This document shows positions 15,606 to 24,741 of a stretch of 64,000 bases of DNA, piece by piece. Below the pieces are notes generated by a model, which was given only the letters and a program-made list of their open reading frames with translations, made no database searches and was not told where the DNA came from. The DNA comes from Candidatus Omnitrophota bacterium (GTDB taxonomy: Bacteria > Omnitrophota > Gorgyraeia > Gygaellales > Profunditerraquicolaceae), in assembly GCA_025453395.1 (NCBI GenBank), contig JALOQK010000001.1:166313-230312 (forward strand), written 5' to 3'. Both the position numbers and the translations under genes were made by a program. Numbering within the stretch: the stretch's first letter is position 1; the number at the start of each line of letters is the position of its first letter.

Positions 15606-18600
15606 CTAACACTTAGAATAACCGCAATGGCACTTCACGCATCCTTCTTCATGCCGAAGCGTACCTCCGCAATCCGGACAAACCCCCACAATATCAGCGC
15701 CATTATCACTGACAGACGAAGGTTGATCATCATGCGAATGTTTCATGGCAATCTCAGCCATCTCTTGAACTAGTTTTTGAGTAGGGACATTTACCAGCCG
15801 CTTTTCAATAACCCGGGCAATAGCATCAGCGCAGGAAAAGATTCTTTGCCCCTTTTCCCACGAAGGGCTGGGGCAGCGGATATTGCGCAACTGCTCAATA
15901 ATAGATTTTACCTCTACGCCGGCTCTGAAACTCAAAGAAACAAGCCTGCCAATGGCTTCTAATTGCGAACCTGCGCAGCCGCCGGCTTTGCCCATCTGGG
16001 TAAAAAGCTCAAAAGGCCTGGCCTCCTGATCCACGTTAATGGTCACATACAAATTGCCGCAGCCGGTAGCAACTTTAGTGGTAGTGCCACTTATAACTTC
16101 GGGGCGCGGACGAGGGCTTATTTTGCCTGACTCCACAATATTAACCACCATAGACTCTTGAACTTTTTCTTTATCTTTCCTGGCAATATTTAAAACCTGC
16201 TCCTGACGGCTGTTATCGCGGTAAATAGTCAACCCCTTGCAATTTAATTCATAGGCCATCAAATAGGCCTTTCTCACATCTTCAATAGTAGCATCATTTG
16301 GAAAGTTTATCGTCTTAGAAGTAGCATTATGAACGTATTTCTGAAAGGCAGCCTGCATACGCACGTGCCACTCAGGAGTTATGTCATGGGCAGTGACAAA
16401 CACGCGCTTCACATCAGCAGGGACTTCTTCAATATCTTTTAAAGAAGCATGCTCCGCTATTTTCTCCATCAATTCCCGGCTGTAAAACCCTCTTTCCTTG
16501 GCAACTTCTTCAAATAAAGGCTCTACCTCCACAAGTTTATCATTATCCATAACATTTCTATAATAAGAAATCGCGAACAACGGTTCAATCCCAGAAGAAC
16601 AGGGACCGGCAATAATGCTTATCGTCCCGGTGGGAGCGATAGTAGTCAAGGTGGCATTGCGCAAATAAGATCCGCCATCTTTTTTATCATAGATACTTCC
16701 CTTGAATGCCGGGAAAACGCCTCTGTCTTTGGCAAGCTCCTGGGATTTCTTGGTTGCTTCATCAAGAATAAACGCCATGAGTTTCTCAGCTAATTCCACC
16801 GCTTCTTCAGAATTATAAGGAATGCCTAAACGGATTAAAAGGCTGGCCCAGCCCATCACCCCTAAGCCGATTTTACGGGTGCGCTTAGTAGCTCTTTCTA
16901 TATCGGGAAGCGGGAATTTATTTACATCTATAATATTATCCAAGAAATGCACTGCGGTTTGAGTAACCCTTCCTAATCTCTCCCAGTCTATTTCGATCTT
17001 CGCGCCATTTTTCTTATACATAAGGTCCAAATTAATGGAGCCCAAATCACAGCTTTCATAGGGCAAAAGAGGCTGTTCGCCGCAATCAAGTGAAATAAAT
17101 CCATTTGAAATAAAGGTTAGGGTCTGCGGTTCTGTTAAATCGTATACTGTTTCTTCCCCGCATGAAGTTACGCTTTCAACCGTTTCCTCAAAACTATCTT
17201 TAAAATAATCCTTGCTATAAAACTTTGCTGTCTTTTGAGAATGCCTTTCGCACATAAAACCGACTATTTCTAAAAATTTCATAACGCTTTCTCTGGATAT
17301 TTCTAATTCAAAACAAACACCGTCAGTCTTATAATTTTTTTCCTCGCCAGATTTTGTTAAGTAAGCGAAACAAGTTCTTTCCCCCCTATTTCTATCGTAT
17401 ATTCGTGATTTTATCCCCAAATTCAACAAGATAATTTGAACTCCTTTAAGAAGTTTATCGGATTTCGCAGTAAGCCGGACATATGAAGAATGCTCTTCTT
17501 TATAGTTAACCGTCCCGTCGGCAGTAAATAACCCCTGCAGAAAACCAATAATTGCTTCCTTAGGCGCCGTATAAATTGATTCCGGCACTTCTTTGCCTTG
17601 GGCCTTACAAACTTTTACTCCTAACTGCTTAAAGAAATCTACGAAATATTTACTATGATACGAAAGATGATACACATTATTTTCTCTTAATACCTCCTTG
17701 ATATCCTGCCCATAGAAACCATTGAGAATAGGTTTCATATATTCGAGAACGGTTTTATCATCCTGGCTGAATGTGAAACCTGCGCGGCAATTTTTATCGC
17801 CATCCCTTAGCCAACCATCGCCGACAAGCAGCCCTAACACCTGCCCAAGCTGCTTGGACCATTTTTCGGGCAAATTTAATTTATAGCCTCTGCCATTTTC
17901 TCCTTTGAATTCATTACAAACTTCAAAAGGCAGGCTATTGTCGGAATTAAAAGGTATGCCCTGCGGCTGGATAATAACCTTATCTTTATGCAAAGTTAAA
18001 TCTTGAACCTTTACCCAGCCATGCGTAGTCATAAGCTGATGATCCGCGGTGGCAACTAATTCAAACCCGGATTTTGTCGTAACTTTGAAAACTGGCTTAA
18101 CGCCTGTTTTAAAAGCCGCGGAAATCACATTTTGCGAAAGAGCCAATTTTGCCTCTGTGGCTACAGCTGCGTGCTCTTTGCTTCCATAAAGAATTTCTCC
18201 TACCCTATCGTCGGTAAATATAGCTATGCCGCCGGAACTGTAATTCTTGGCCAAATCCCTCATCCTGACTAACCCTTTTTCAGTAGAAATAAAAGTATCC
18301 CCTGTGACGCATGGGTTGGTGCTTTGAATTTGGCCTAATTTCGGAGTGGGATTGCCTTCGTTCATGCGATCAATAAAAATTATGCCGGGTTCTCCATTTT
18401 TATGCGCCTGCTTAACAATCAGATCAAAGACCTCTCTTGCGGAAATCTTCTTTACCAGCTTATCATTATGCGGCTCGCGCACCTCATACTCCTGCCCGCT
18501 TTGAAGCTTATCCATAAACTCGTCGGTAATAGCCACCGAAATATTAAAATTGGTGATCTGGTGGTTATCTTCTTTGCAGGTAATAAATTCTAAGATATCC

Positions 18601-19130
18601 GGATGGTCAACCCTTAAAATACCCATGTTCGCGCCGCGGCGTGTGCCGCCCTGCTTGACTGCTTCGGTAGCTGAATCATAAACTTTCATAAAAGATACCG
18701 GACCCGATGCCACTCCTCCAGTAGTTTTAACCACAGCATTCTTAGCGCGCAATTTAGAGAAAGAAAATCCTGTGCCGCCGCCTGATTTATGGATCATCGC
18801 GGTTGCCTTAAGCGTTTCAAAAATAGATTCCATAGAATCTTCTATCGGCAAGGTAAAGCAGGCGCTTAATTGCCCCAGTTCCCTGCCAGCGTTCATAAGG
18901 CAGGGGGAATTGGGCATGAACTCCAATGAAGCCATCACCTGATAAAAGTTTTTTTGTGTTAAAGCGACGTCTTCATTGCTTGCGCCGTAAAACCTGTCCG
19001 CGGCGGCAATAGCAGAACAGACCCGCTCAAACATCTCTTGCGGGCTCTCAATAACTTTACCGTTTGCATCCTTCTTAAGGTACCTTCTTTCTAATACTTT
19101 CAGGGCATTATCGGAAAGCCGTGTGTTCAT
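15606..19130 (-). CDS. nrdJ: Class II (B12-dependent) ribonucleotide reductase, intein-containing, with C-terminal TSCPD-like domain and Zn ribbon
   Basis: PNSPCLMNAG, QLSACF, RRGANMG, TNP/CGEQ, TIAPTGT and KGLTIYRD motifs; C-terminal CPDCG..CVKC.CGYSKC. Confidence 0.95.
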   Translation of the reverse strand: MNTRLSDNALKVLERRYLKKDANGKVIESPQEMFERVCSAIAAADRFYGASNEDVALTQKNFYQVMASLEFMPNSPCLMNAGRELGQLSACFTLPIEDSMESIFETLKATAMIHKSGGGTGFSFSKLRAKNAVVKTTGGVASGPVSFMKVYDSATEAVKQGGTRRGANMGILRVDHPDILEFITCKEDNHQITNFNISVAITDEFMDKLQSGQEYEVREPHNDKLVKKISAREVFDLIVKQAHKNGEPGIIFIDRMNEGNPTPKLGQIQSTNPCVTGDTFISTEKGLVRMRDLAKNYSSGGIAIFTDDRVGEILYGSKEHAAVATEAKLALSQNVISAAFKTGVKPVFKVTTKSGFELVATADHQLMTTHGWVKVQDLTLHKDKVIIQPQGIPFNSDNSLPFEVCNEFKGENGRGYKLNLPEKWSKQLGQVLGLLVGDGWLRDGDKNCRAGFTFSQDDKTVLEYMKPILNGFYGQDIKEVLRENNVYHLSYHSKYFVDFFKQLGVKVCKAQGKEVPESIYTAPKEAIIGFLQGLFTADGTVNYKEEHSSYVRLTAKSDKLLKGVQIILLNLGIKSRIYDRNRGERTCFAYLTKSGEEKNYKTDGVCFELEISRESVMKFLEIVGFMCERHSQKTAKFYSKDYFKDSFEETVESVTSCGEETVYDLTEPQTLTFISNGFISLDCGEQPLLPYESCDLGSINLDLMYKKNGAKIEIDWERLGRVTQTAVHFLDNIIDVNKFPLPDIERATKRTRKIGLGVMGWASLLIRLGIPYNSEEAVELAEKLMAFILDEATKKSQELAKDRGVFPAFKGSIYDKKDGGSYLRNATLTTIAPTGTISIIAGPCSSGIEPLFAISYYRNVMDNDKLVEVEPLFEEVAKERGFYSRELMEKIAEHASLKDIEEVPADVKRVFVTAHDITPEWHVRMQAAFQKYVHNATSKTINFPNDATIEDVRKAYLMAYELNCKGLTIYRDNSRQEQVLNIARKDKEKVQESMVVNIVESGKISPRPRPEVISGTTTKVATGCGNLYVTINVDQEARPFELFTQMGKAGGCAGSQLEAIGRLVSLSFRAGVEVKSIIEQLRNIRCPSPSWEKGQRIFSCADAIARVIEKRLVNVPTQKLVQEMAEIAMKHSHDDQPSSVSDNGADIVGVCPDCGGTLRHEEGCVKCHCGYSKC
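17085..18311 (-). mobile_element. Intein (409 aa) with LAGLIDADG homing endonuclease
   Basis: Starts CVTGDT after TNP; block B TADH; motifs LGLLVGDG and FLQGLFTADG; block F VYDLT; ends SNGFISLD followed by the extein CGEQ. Confidence 0.93.
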
Positions 19131-19179
19131 CTTGTACTCCGCGGTTAATGGGGTGGATAATATTTATTAAGAGGTTTTA

Positions 19180-19209
19180 ATTATAGCACTTGCGCCAAAA
19201 GCTTGTCAA
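19180..19209 (-). promoter_or_regulatory. Sigma70 promoter of nrdJ
   Basis: TTGACA (19209-19204), 18 nt spacer, TG-C-TATAAT (19185-19180). Confidence 0.7.
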
Positions 19210-19214
19210 GCAAA

Positions 19215-19261
19215 ATACTATATATGGGGTATTTTTTATTCTATTATACTATAAATTGTGT
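19215..19261. promoter_or_regulatory. Tandem NrdR boxes
   Basis: atactatatatggggt (19215-19230) and atactataaattgtgt (19246-19261), 31 bp apart. Both match acaCwAtATaTwGtgt and lie upstream of an RNR gene. Confidence 0.85.
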
Positions 19262-19279
19262 TTGTTCTCCGACGATAAT

Positions 19280-20311
19280 TTACGAGCTGGACAAAGCCCT
19301 GCAGGATTCGCGAATAATTAATTCTGCCGGCAGGGCAATCCTTCTTACCTTGGAAGGTTTTTCCTGATTCATCACGCGGTGTAATTCTTCAACGCTCATC
19401 TGCGCCATTTTTACCAGTGGCTGCCTTACTGTAGTCAAAGAGACCGGCCCATATAACCCTGAAGGATTGTCATCAAAACCAACTATAGATATATCTCTGG
19501 GGATTTGTTTGCCCAGCTCCTTGGCGACTGCCATAACTTCCAAAGCCATGGAATCCGAAGCCACAAATATCGCTGTCGGAGGATCAGGCAGCTTCAACAT
19601 TTTTTCCGCGGCCTGGCGCGCCTGGCCGCGGGAATAATCAGTTCTTATAATATAATCCGGCCGAAGCGCGATATTGTGTTTTTCCAATGCCTGCTTATAA
19701 CCTTCTAAACGTTGCGCGGCAGCTTGCGTAATTAAGTCTCCTGTGATGTGGCCTATTTTCTTATGTTCCAAACTAATAAGATAATTTACCGCTTGTTCTG
19801 CCCCGCCCTGATTATCTATGACAATACAATTAACATCCAGGTCTGACACATAATTATTGATCACCACACATGGGATCTTATTGGCATAGGCATCTTCCAA
19901 TTGATTACGGTTAGCAATGATATCCGCGAAGATAACTCCCCCTACCCCGTTTAATCCCAAAACAGAATTAGCGTCGGAAAGATGCAAAAGAAGGTCTAAT
20001 TTTAAAACCTCGCAAAGCGTGCCAATGCCGCGGATAAGCTCTAAGGCGTAGAATGAATAAAACATGCCTTCATACCGGGGTATGACCAAGGCTACGGTAT
20101 TACTTTTTCCAGTTGCTAAACGTTGGGCGATAATGGAGGGCTGATAATGCATTTGCTTTACCACCTCAAGCACCTTAAGACGGTTCTTGGCCTTTACTGA
20201 TGGTAATTTATTGACAACGCGGGAAACTGTAGCCGGAGAAACGCCTGCGGCGCGCGCCACATCTTCAATGGAAACTGCCTTTAGGGCATTATCTTTTTTC
20301 TTACGGGTCAT
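19280..20311 (-). CDS. LacI family transcriptional regulator
   Basis: SIEDVARAAGVSPATVSRV, ISIVGFDD and LTTVRQP motifs. Confidence 0.95.
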   Translation of the reverse strand: MTRKKKDNALKAVSIEDVARAAGVSPATVSRVVNKLPSVKAKNRLKVLEVVKQMHYQPSIIAQRLATGKSNTVALVIPRYEGMFYSFYALELIRGIGTLCEVLKLDLLLHLSDANSVLGLNGVGGVIFADIIANRNQLEDAYANKIPCVVINNYVSDLDVNCIVIDNQGGAEQAVNYLISLEHKKIGHITGDLITQAAAQRLEGYKQALEKHNIALRPDYIIRTDYSRGQARQAAEKMLKLPDPPTAIFVASDSMALEVMAVAKELGKQIPRDISIVGFDDNPSGLYGPVSLTTVRQPLVKMAQMSVEELHRVMNQEKPSKVRRIALPAELIIRESCRALSSS

Positions 20312-21499
20312 TTATCTTCTGATGATATCCCCGACTTGGGGCGTATAAGAGTCGTTTAACATGTCGCAAGCGGCTATCGTTTTACTTAAACGGATCACTT
20401 CCAAGACAGAAACTACCTGGTCGTTTTTATAAATATGCAGTTTATCCCCCACTGCCAAACCAGAATTATCTCCAACATCCACAAGGACAAAATTATTATC
20501 TTTGTTCACCGAGATTATTTTTCCTAAACCACCGGGGCTTATCAGGCCCTTGGAAAAAACGGGGTCTTGCTTGCCAACCGCTTCTGAAGGGCGCACAATA
20601 ATGGGAGGCAGCTCTACATTCTCTTTATTCTCTTTTACTTTCTCCGTGCCGTCAACAGTAAAACCTGCGCCCGCAACATTAGTTGACTGAACTGACTTAT
20701 CTTTTACTAAAATATCCATTTCTTTTACTTTCTTCTCAAGCTCTAAATTAATATCCTGAAGCTTCTTGATCTTCTTTTCAAGATCAATCTTGCGGGTGCT
20801 TAGCTGTTGAAGCTGACGGCGCAAGACTTCATTATCGGTCTTCAAAGACTTTGCCGAATCATTGATCTGCAGTTTATCATTCTTCTCGCCCACCAACTCC
20901 AGAGCGATATTATCAACCACCTTCTTATTATAGATAATCTGTTTTTGCGCGTATTCCAGCTGGCGCGCCAGATCCTGCTTTTCCTGGTTTAAACTGTTGA
21001 TCTCCAGCTCGAGAGCGTTTTTCTCACGCTGTAATTGTTCATTGTTTATCTTTAAGTCACGGGAGTCGCTGCGTAAATTTTCCAGCTGCATGGAAATAGC
21101 ATTCTTATCCCTTAAGACGCCTGCCCAATAATCATCATTTGGCGCCTGCGTCTGTTCTCGAGTAACAGGCGCGCTTGCGCTGCTTTCTTGCAATTCTTTG
21201 ATCTTACTGGTAAGCTTCTCCCTGGCCTGCATTAAATCCTCATAGCGTTTTTTAAGCTCATCGCGCTCATCGGTTATCTTGCTTAATTTTGAATTAATGG
21301 AAGAATACTTTGATTCTAGAGTATCGTAATCCTTTTTAAGAGAATTCACCCTGTCGGTTAAGTCTTTATTTTTTACTGACAGGCCTTCTTTCTCTTGTTC
21401 CAGAAGCTGATTAGCGGTAAAGGTCTGGAAAAGCACAAAACCGCAAACAAGAAGAAGGGCCACCAAACTTAAGATTACTATCTTTACTTTTTGTTCCAT
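20312..21499 (-). CDS. Membrane-anchored long coiled-coil protein with small C-terminal beta domain
   Basis: N-terminal TM, about 240 aa of heptad-rich sequence, and C-terminal GKIISVN..FVLVDVG...GL.VGD. Confidence 0.75.
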   Translation of the reverse strand: MEQKVKIVILSLVALLLVCGFVLFQTFTANQLLEQEKEGLSVKNKDLTDRVNSLKKDYDTLESKYSSINSKLSKITDERDELKKRYEDLMQAREKLTSKIKELQESSASAPVTREQTQAPNDDYWAGVLRDKNAISMQLENLRSDSRDLKINNEQLQREKNALELEINSLNQEKQDLARQLEYAQKQIIYNKKVVDNIALELVGEKNDKLQINDSAKSLKTDNEVLRRQLQQLSTRKIDLEKKIKKLQDINLELEKKVKEMDILVKDKSVQSTNVAGAGFTVDGTEKVKENKENVELPPIIVRPSEAVGKQDPVFSKGLISPGGLGKIISVNKDNNFVLVDVGDNSGLAVGDKLHIYKNDQVVSVLEVIRLSKTIAACDMLNDSYTPQVGDIIRR

Positions 21500-21508
21500 T
21501 ACGCCTCC

Positions 21509-22744
21509 TTATAATAATCTAGCAAAGACCCTGTGCATAACTAAGCTGGCCGCGCCTAAGGCGACAGCATTTTCTCTTAATTGCGAATATATTATTTCCA
21601 AATTCTCAGTCATTTCCCTGAATGCCCATTCACGAACGGTGCTGCTGACCTGATTCAAGAATTTATCCCCCGCCTCTTCTAAGCCGCCGCCTAAGATCAC
21701 CGCCTGCGGATTAAGAAAATTAACCATGCAGGCTATTTTTACCCCCAGCCGATAAGCGGCTTTTTCTAAAGCCAGCGCTGCCATCGGATGGTTGGCGCGG
21801 TTTGCGATAAAAACACTCTTTAAGTCCACGTTATTGATGTTGCTGGAAGTAAGAGAGAAAAATTCATCTGCCTTTTTCTTGTCTTGCGCGAGCATTTCTC
21901 TTATGTCATCGATAATGCCCATATCTATTTCCCAGCGCTTGATAAAACAGCTTTTTCCCGCATCACAATTAAACTGGTCCTGCTTGGCGTAATTATAGAT
22001 GGAAACTTCTCCGGCATACCCTTGGGAACCGGTGTATATTTCACCGTTGATCATGATCCCGCAGCCGACCCCGGAAAACATATAAATAATATTCTTAAAA
22101 TCCCGGGTTAAATCCAGCCACTGCTCTCCAAAACAGGCGGCGGTAGCGTCATTTTCGATAAGCGTGGGAAAATTAAATTCCTTTTCAATTATATCGCGCA
22201 GCGGCAAATCCACAGAGGCATAGGTATAATAATGGTCCATCTTCTGCGGCCAATGGATAAGGCCGGTTTTCTTATTTACCAGCCCCGCAATGCCAATTCC
22301 TATACCTTTAATATTAGGGGTGTATTCTTTGGACCTTCTTAAGATCTCACGGATAAGCTGCACCACACATTCAGTTATTTCCTTGACCGATGGCTTAGGC
22401 CGAGCGATCTGGGTCTTGGTTACGATGTTGCCTTTTAAATCCAGCAACACCCCGACCATATTCATTAAATTCAAGCCGATACCTATTATATAACCGGCCT
22501 GTTGATTCAAATCAAGCAGGGTCGGCCTTCTGCCGCCTTCAGAAACATCAAGTTCCCGCTCGTAAACCAAGCGGCCCCTGATAAAATCATCAATATAATT
22601 GGAAATGGTCACCACATTAACGCCCATAAGCCTGGAGATATCAGGCCTGCTTATCGGGCCCTGGCGCCTTAAGATATCCAATATGGAAATATTACGCCTT
22701 TCCTTCTCGGAAAGTTCTTCTTTCTTAAAGTCTATTGGCAGCAT
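21509..22744 (-). CDS. ROK family transcriptional regulator
   Basis: wHTH (GPISRPDIS..GGRRP), IENDATA and GVGCGIMING..AGE motifs. Confidence 0.93.
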   Translation of the reverse strand: MLPIDFKKEELSEKERRNISILDILRRQGPISRPDISRLMGVNVVTISNYIDDFIRGRLVYERELDVSEGGRRPTLLDLNQQAGYIIGIGLNLMNMVGVLLDLKGNIVTKTQIARPKPSVKEITECVVQLIREILRRSKEYTPNIKGIGIGIAGLVNKKTGLIHWPQKMDHYYTYASVDLPLRDIIEKEFNFPTLIENDATAACFGEQWLDLTRDFKNIIYMFSGVGCGIMINGEIYTGSQGYAGEVSIYNYAKQDQFNCDAGKSCFIKRWEIDMGIIDDIREMLAQDKKKADEFFSLTSSNINNVDLKSVFIANRANHPMAALALEKAAYRLGVKIACMVNFLNPQAVILGGGLEEAGDKFLNQVSSTVREWAFREMTENLEIIYSQLRENAVALGAASLVMHRVFARLL

Positions 22745-22773
22745 AGTATTTGGGAGATATTTGGTTTGTTTAT

Positions 22774-22864
22774 TTTATACTACTAAAGGAACCTTTAGTC
22801 AAGTATTTTAATTTCATAAAGTTACAGAAATTTTACTTGACAAGAAATTTAAATATAGTAATCT
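22774..22864. promoter_or_regulatory. Divergent promoter region (ROK operon / pil operon)
   Basis: Plus strand TTGACA 22837-22842 with TAATCT 16 nt later; minus strand TTGACT 22802-22797 with TATAAA 17 nt later. Confidence 0.5.
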
Positions 22865-22902
22865 ATACTTAAATATACCAAGCTATACCAAAGTATATAA
22901 AA

Positions 22903-23094
22903 ATGAACACAAGATACTACACCACCAAAGACGTATTAAAGAAAGTCGGCATCTCGCGCACCACATTATTTTTGTGGCTGTGGAACAAAAAGGTCCCTGA
23001 TGTCAAAAGAAACCGCAATGGCCACAGGGTGTTTACTGAAATCGATATCCAGCGTATTTTAAATTATAAAAATAAGCTTACTCTTCCAGAATAG
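22903..23094 (+). CDS. Small MerR-like HTH protein
   Basis: YTTKDVLKKVGISRTTLFLW...RNRNGHRVFT. Confidence 0.8.
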   Translation: MNTRYYTTKDVLKKVGISRTTLFLWLWNKKVPDVKRNRNGHRVFTEIDIQRILNYKNKLTLPE

Positions 23095-23098
23095 GCCT

Positions 23099-23767
23099 AT
23101 GCCCTTAATAAACCTTTTGCCCAGTGAATTAAGGAAAGCAAAAACAGCCGCCCAGAAAACAACGAAAGCTGCTTCCGGGATCCCCAAGCCGACTATACAT
23201 ATTAAAGTAGACATTTCTTTCTTAAAACCTGTCCTTTGGGTGATACCGGTATTGCTGGCAGTAACTGGCGCTGTCTATGCCCAAGCCTATTTTAAAGAGC
23301 AAAAACTTAAACACCTTGAAGAAAAACTGGGAAACTCCAAAGCGATCTCCAAGAAAATAGCGCAATTAAAACAGGATATAGAAAAGAACGCGCAGGCCTA
23401 TTCTTTTCTGGGCCGGGCAGTAAACAACACAAAATGGTCAGAAAAACTTGAGCGCCTTACTCAAATAATCCCTCCTCAGATATGGTTATCCAAATTAACT
23501 GTTGATTCTTCGACAATTAAGAATTCTCCCGCGGCTAAAGAAAACAGGGATGCGCCTAAGAAATCTGAAAAGATCGTCCTTGAGGGAAGCGCGACCAGCG
23601 TAATAGAAGCAGAAATTATTTCCGCTATAACAAACTTCATAGAAAAAATTAAAGCAAGCCCTGATTTTAATCAAACATTCGCTGTCTTTAAGATGGGGCA
23701 GCTGCAATCAGTCAAAAAAGGCAATTTAACGGTAATGAATTTCACTATTACCTGCTCGTCAGAATAA
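23099..23767 (+). CDS. pilN: Type IV pilus assembly protein PilN-like
   Basis: INLLP PilM-binding motif, TM, coiled coil, IPPQIWL. Confidence 0.85.
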   Translation: MPLINLLPSELRKAKTAAQKTTKAASGIPKPTIHIKVDISFLKPVLWVIPVLLAVTGAVYAQAYFKEQKLKHLEEKLGNSKAISKKIAQLKQDIEKNAQAYSFLGRAVNNTKWSEKLERLTQIIPPQIWLSKLTVDSSTIKNSPAAKENRDAPKKSEKIVLEGSATSVIEAEIISAITNFIEKIKASPDFNQTFAVFKMGQLQSVKKGNLTVMNFTITCSSE

Positions 23768-23768
23768 T

Positions 23769-24344
23769 ATGCAAAGTATAAACGAAATCTTAAATAATCC
23801 CAAGGTCCAGAAAATAATAATCATTATTGTTGCTGCGATATTAGTGGCTGCATATTACCCATTCGCATTATCATTGTGGAATAAAAACAAGGCCATTGAT
23901 GAAAAGATTTCTCTGTCCTTACAACAAATAAATTTAGGCAGCCACATCAACGTTAACCAGCAAGCCACAGAAGAAGAATTTAAAAAATCGCAAAAACAAA
24001 TCTTGCAGTTGGCGGATAAATTCTTCATAAGCGCCGAAGAAATATTTGTTGTGTTAAATAAGATCGCCGCAGCAACAAAGATAAGCTTTAAAAACATCGA
24101 GCCTTTTGAAAGGCAAAAAATGGAAATCCCCAACAGGGATGATATGTATATTGATAATTTACCGGTTAAAGTGGATATTGTCTGCAATTATCATCAATTA
24201 ATCACGCTGTTGGACAAAATAGAAAAAACCGATAAATTCATAAGCGTTGAAGACATAAGGATCCGGGGGGTGCCTTCTAATATATGGGAACATGAGGTGC
24301 AAATTAACCTAAAAGTCCCCCTATTGGTGGCTAATGCTAAATAA
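23769..24344 (+). CDS. pilO: Type IV pilus assembly protein PilO-like
   Basis: TM, coiled coil, LPVKVDIVCNYHQLITLLDKIE; position after pilN. Confidence 0.8.
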   Translation: MQSINEILNNPKVQKIIIIIVAAILVAAYYPFALSLWNKNKAIDEKISLSLQQINLGSHINVNQQATEEEFKKSQKQILQLADKFFISAEEIFVVLNKIAAATKISFKNIEPFERQKMEIPNRDDMYIDNLPVKVDIVCNYHQLITLLDKIEKTDKFISVEDIRIRGVPSNIWEHEVQINLKVPLLVANAK

Positions 24345-24741
24345 AATGCGCCATAAAATTCATAACATGAAAGCTTTCTTGGTTTTCTTATCCGCTATAA
24401 ATATATTTATAATTGCATTTGCACAAACAAAAGAAATCAATTATAATAGCGCTGAAGAAAGCCGTGATCCTTTTATCCCTTTAGTGGATAATAACGGGAA
24501 CTTGCGCAAAGAGTTTAAGCGGCCGGTTGATGAAGCAAGCATCCCAAAAGTAAACTTAATGGGGATAAGCGACCTCTCCGGAACATTTTACGCGATAATT
24601 GACGGAGAAATGGTCAAAGAAGCAGACACGATCAAAGAGTTAAAAATCGAGAAAATATATTTTGACCGGGTAATTGTAAGTTACGCCGATAAAATATTTG
24701 AATTAAAGTGGGAACAGGAGAAAAATGCAGGGAAAAAATAG
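24334..24741 (+). CDS. PilP-like / GspC-HR-like protein
   Basis: RDPFIP motif and LMGI...AIIDG beta domain; lies between pilO and the secretin. Confidence 0.7.
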   Translation: MLNKMRHKIHNMKAFLVFLSAINIFIIAFAQTKEINYNSAEESRDPFIPLVDNNGNLRKEFKRPVDEASIPKVNLMGISDLSGTFYAIIDGEMVKEADTIKELKIEKIYFDRVIVSYADKIFELKWEQEKNAGKK

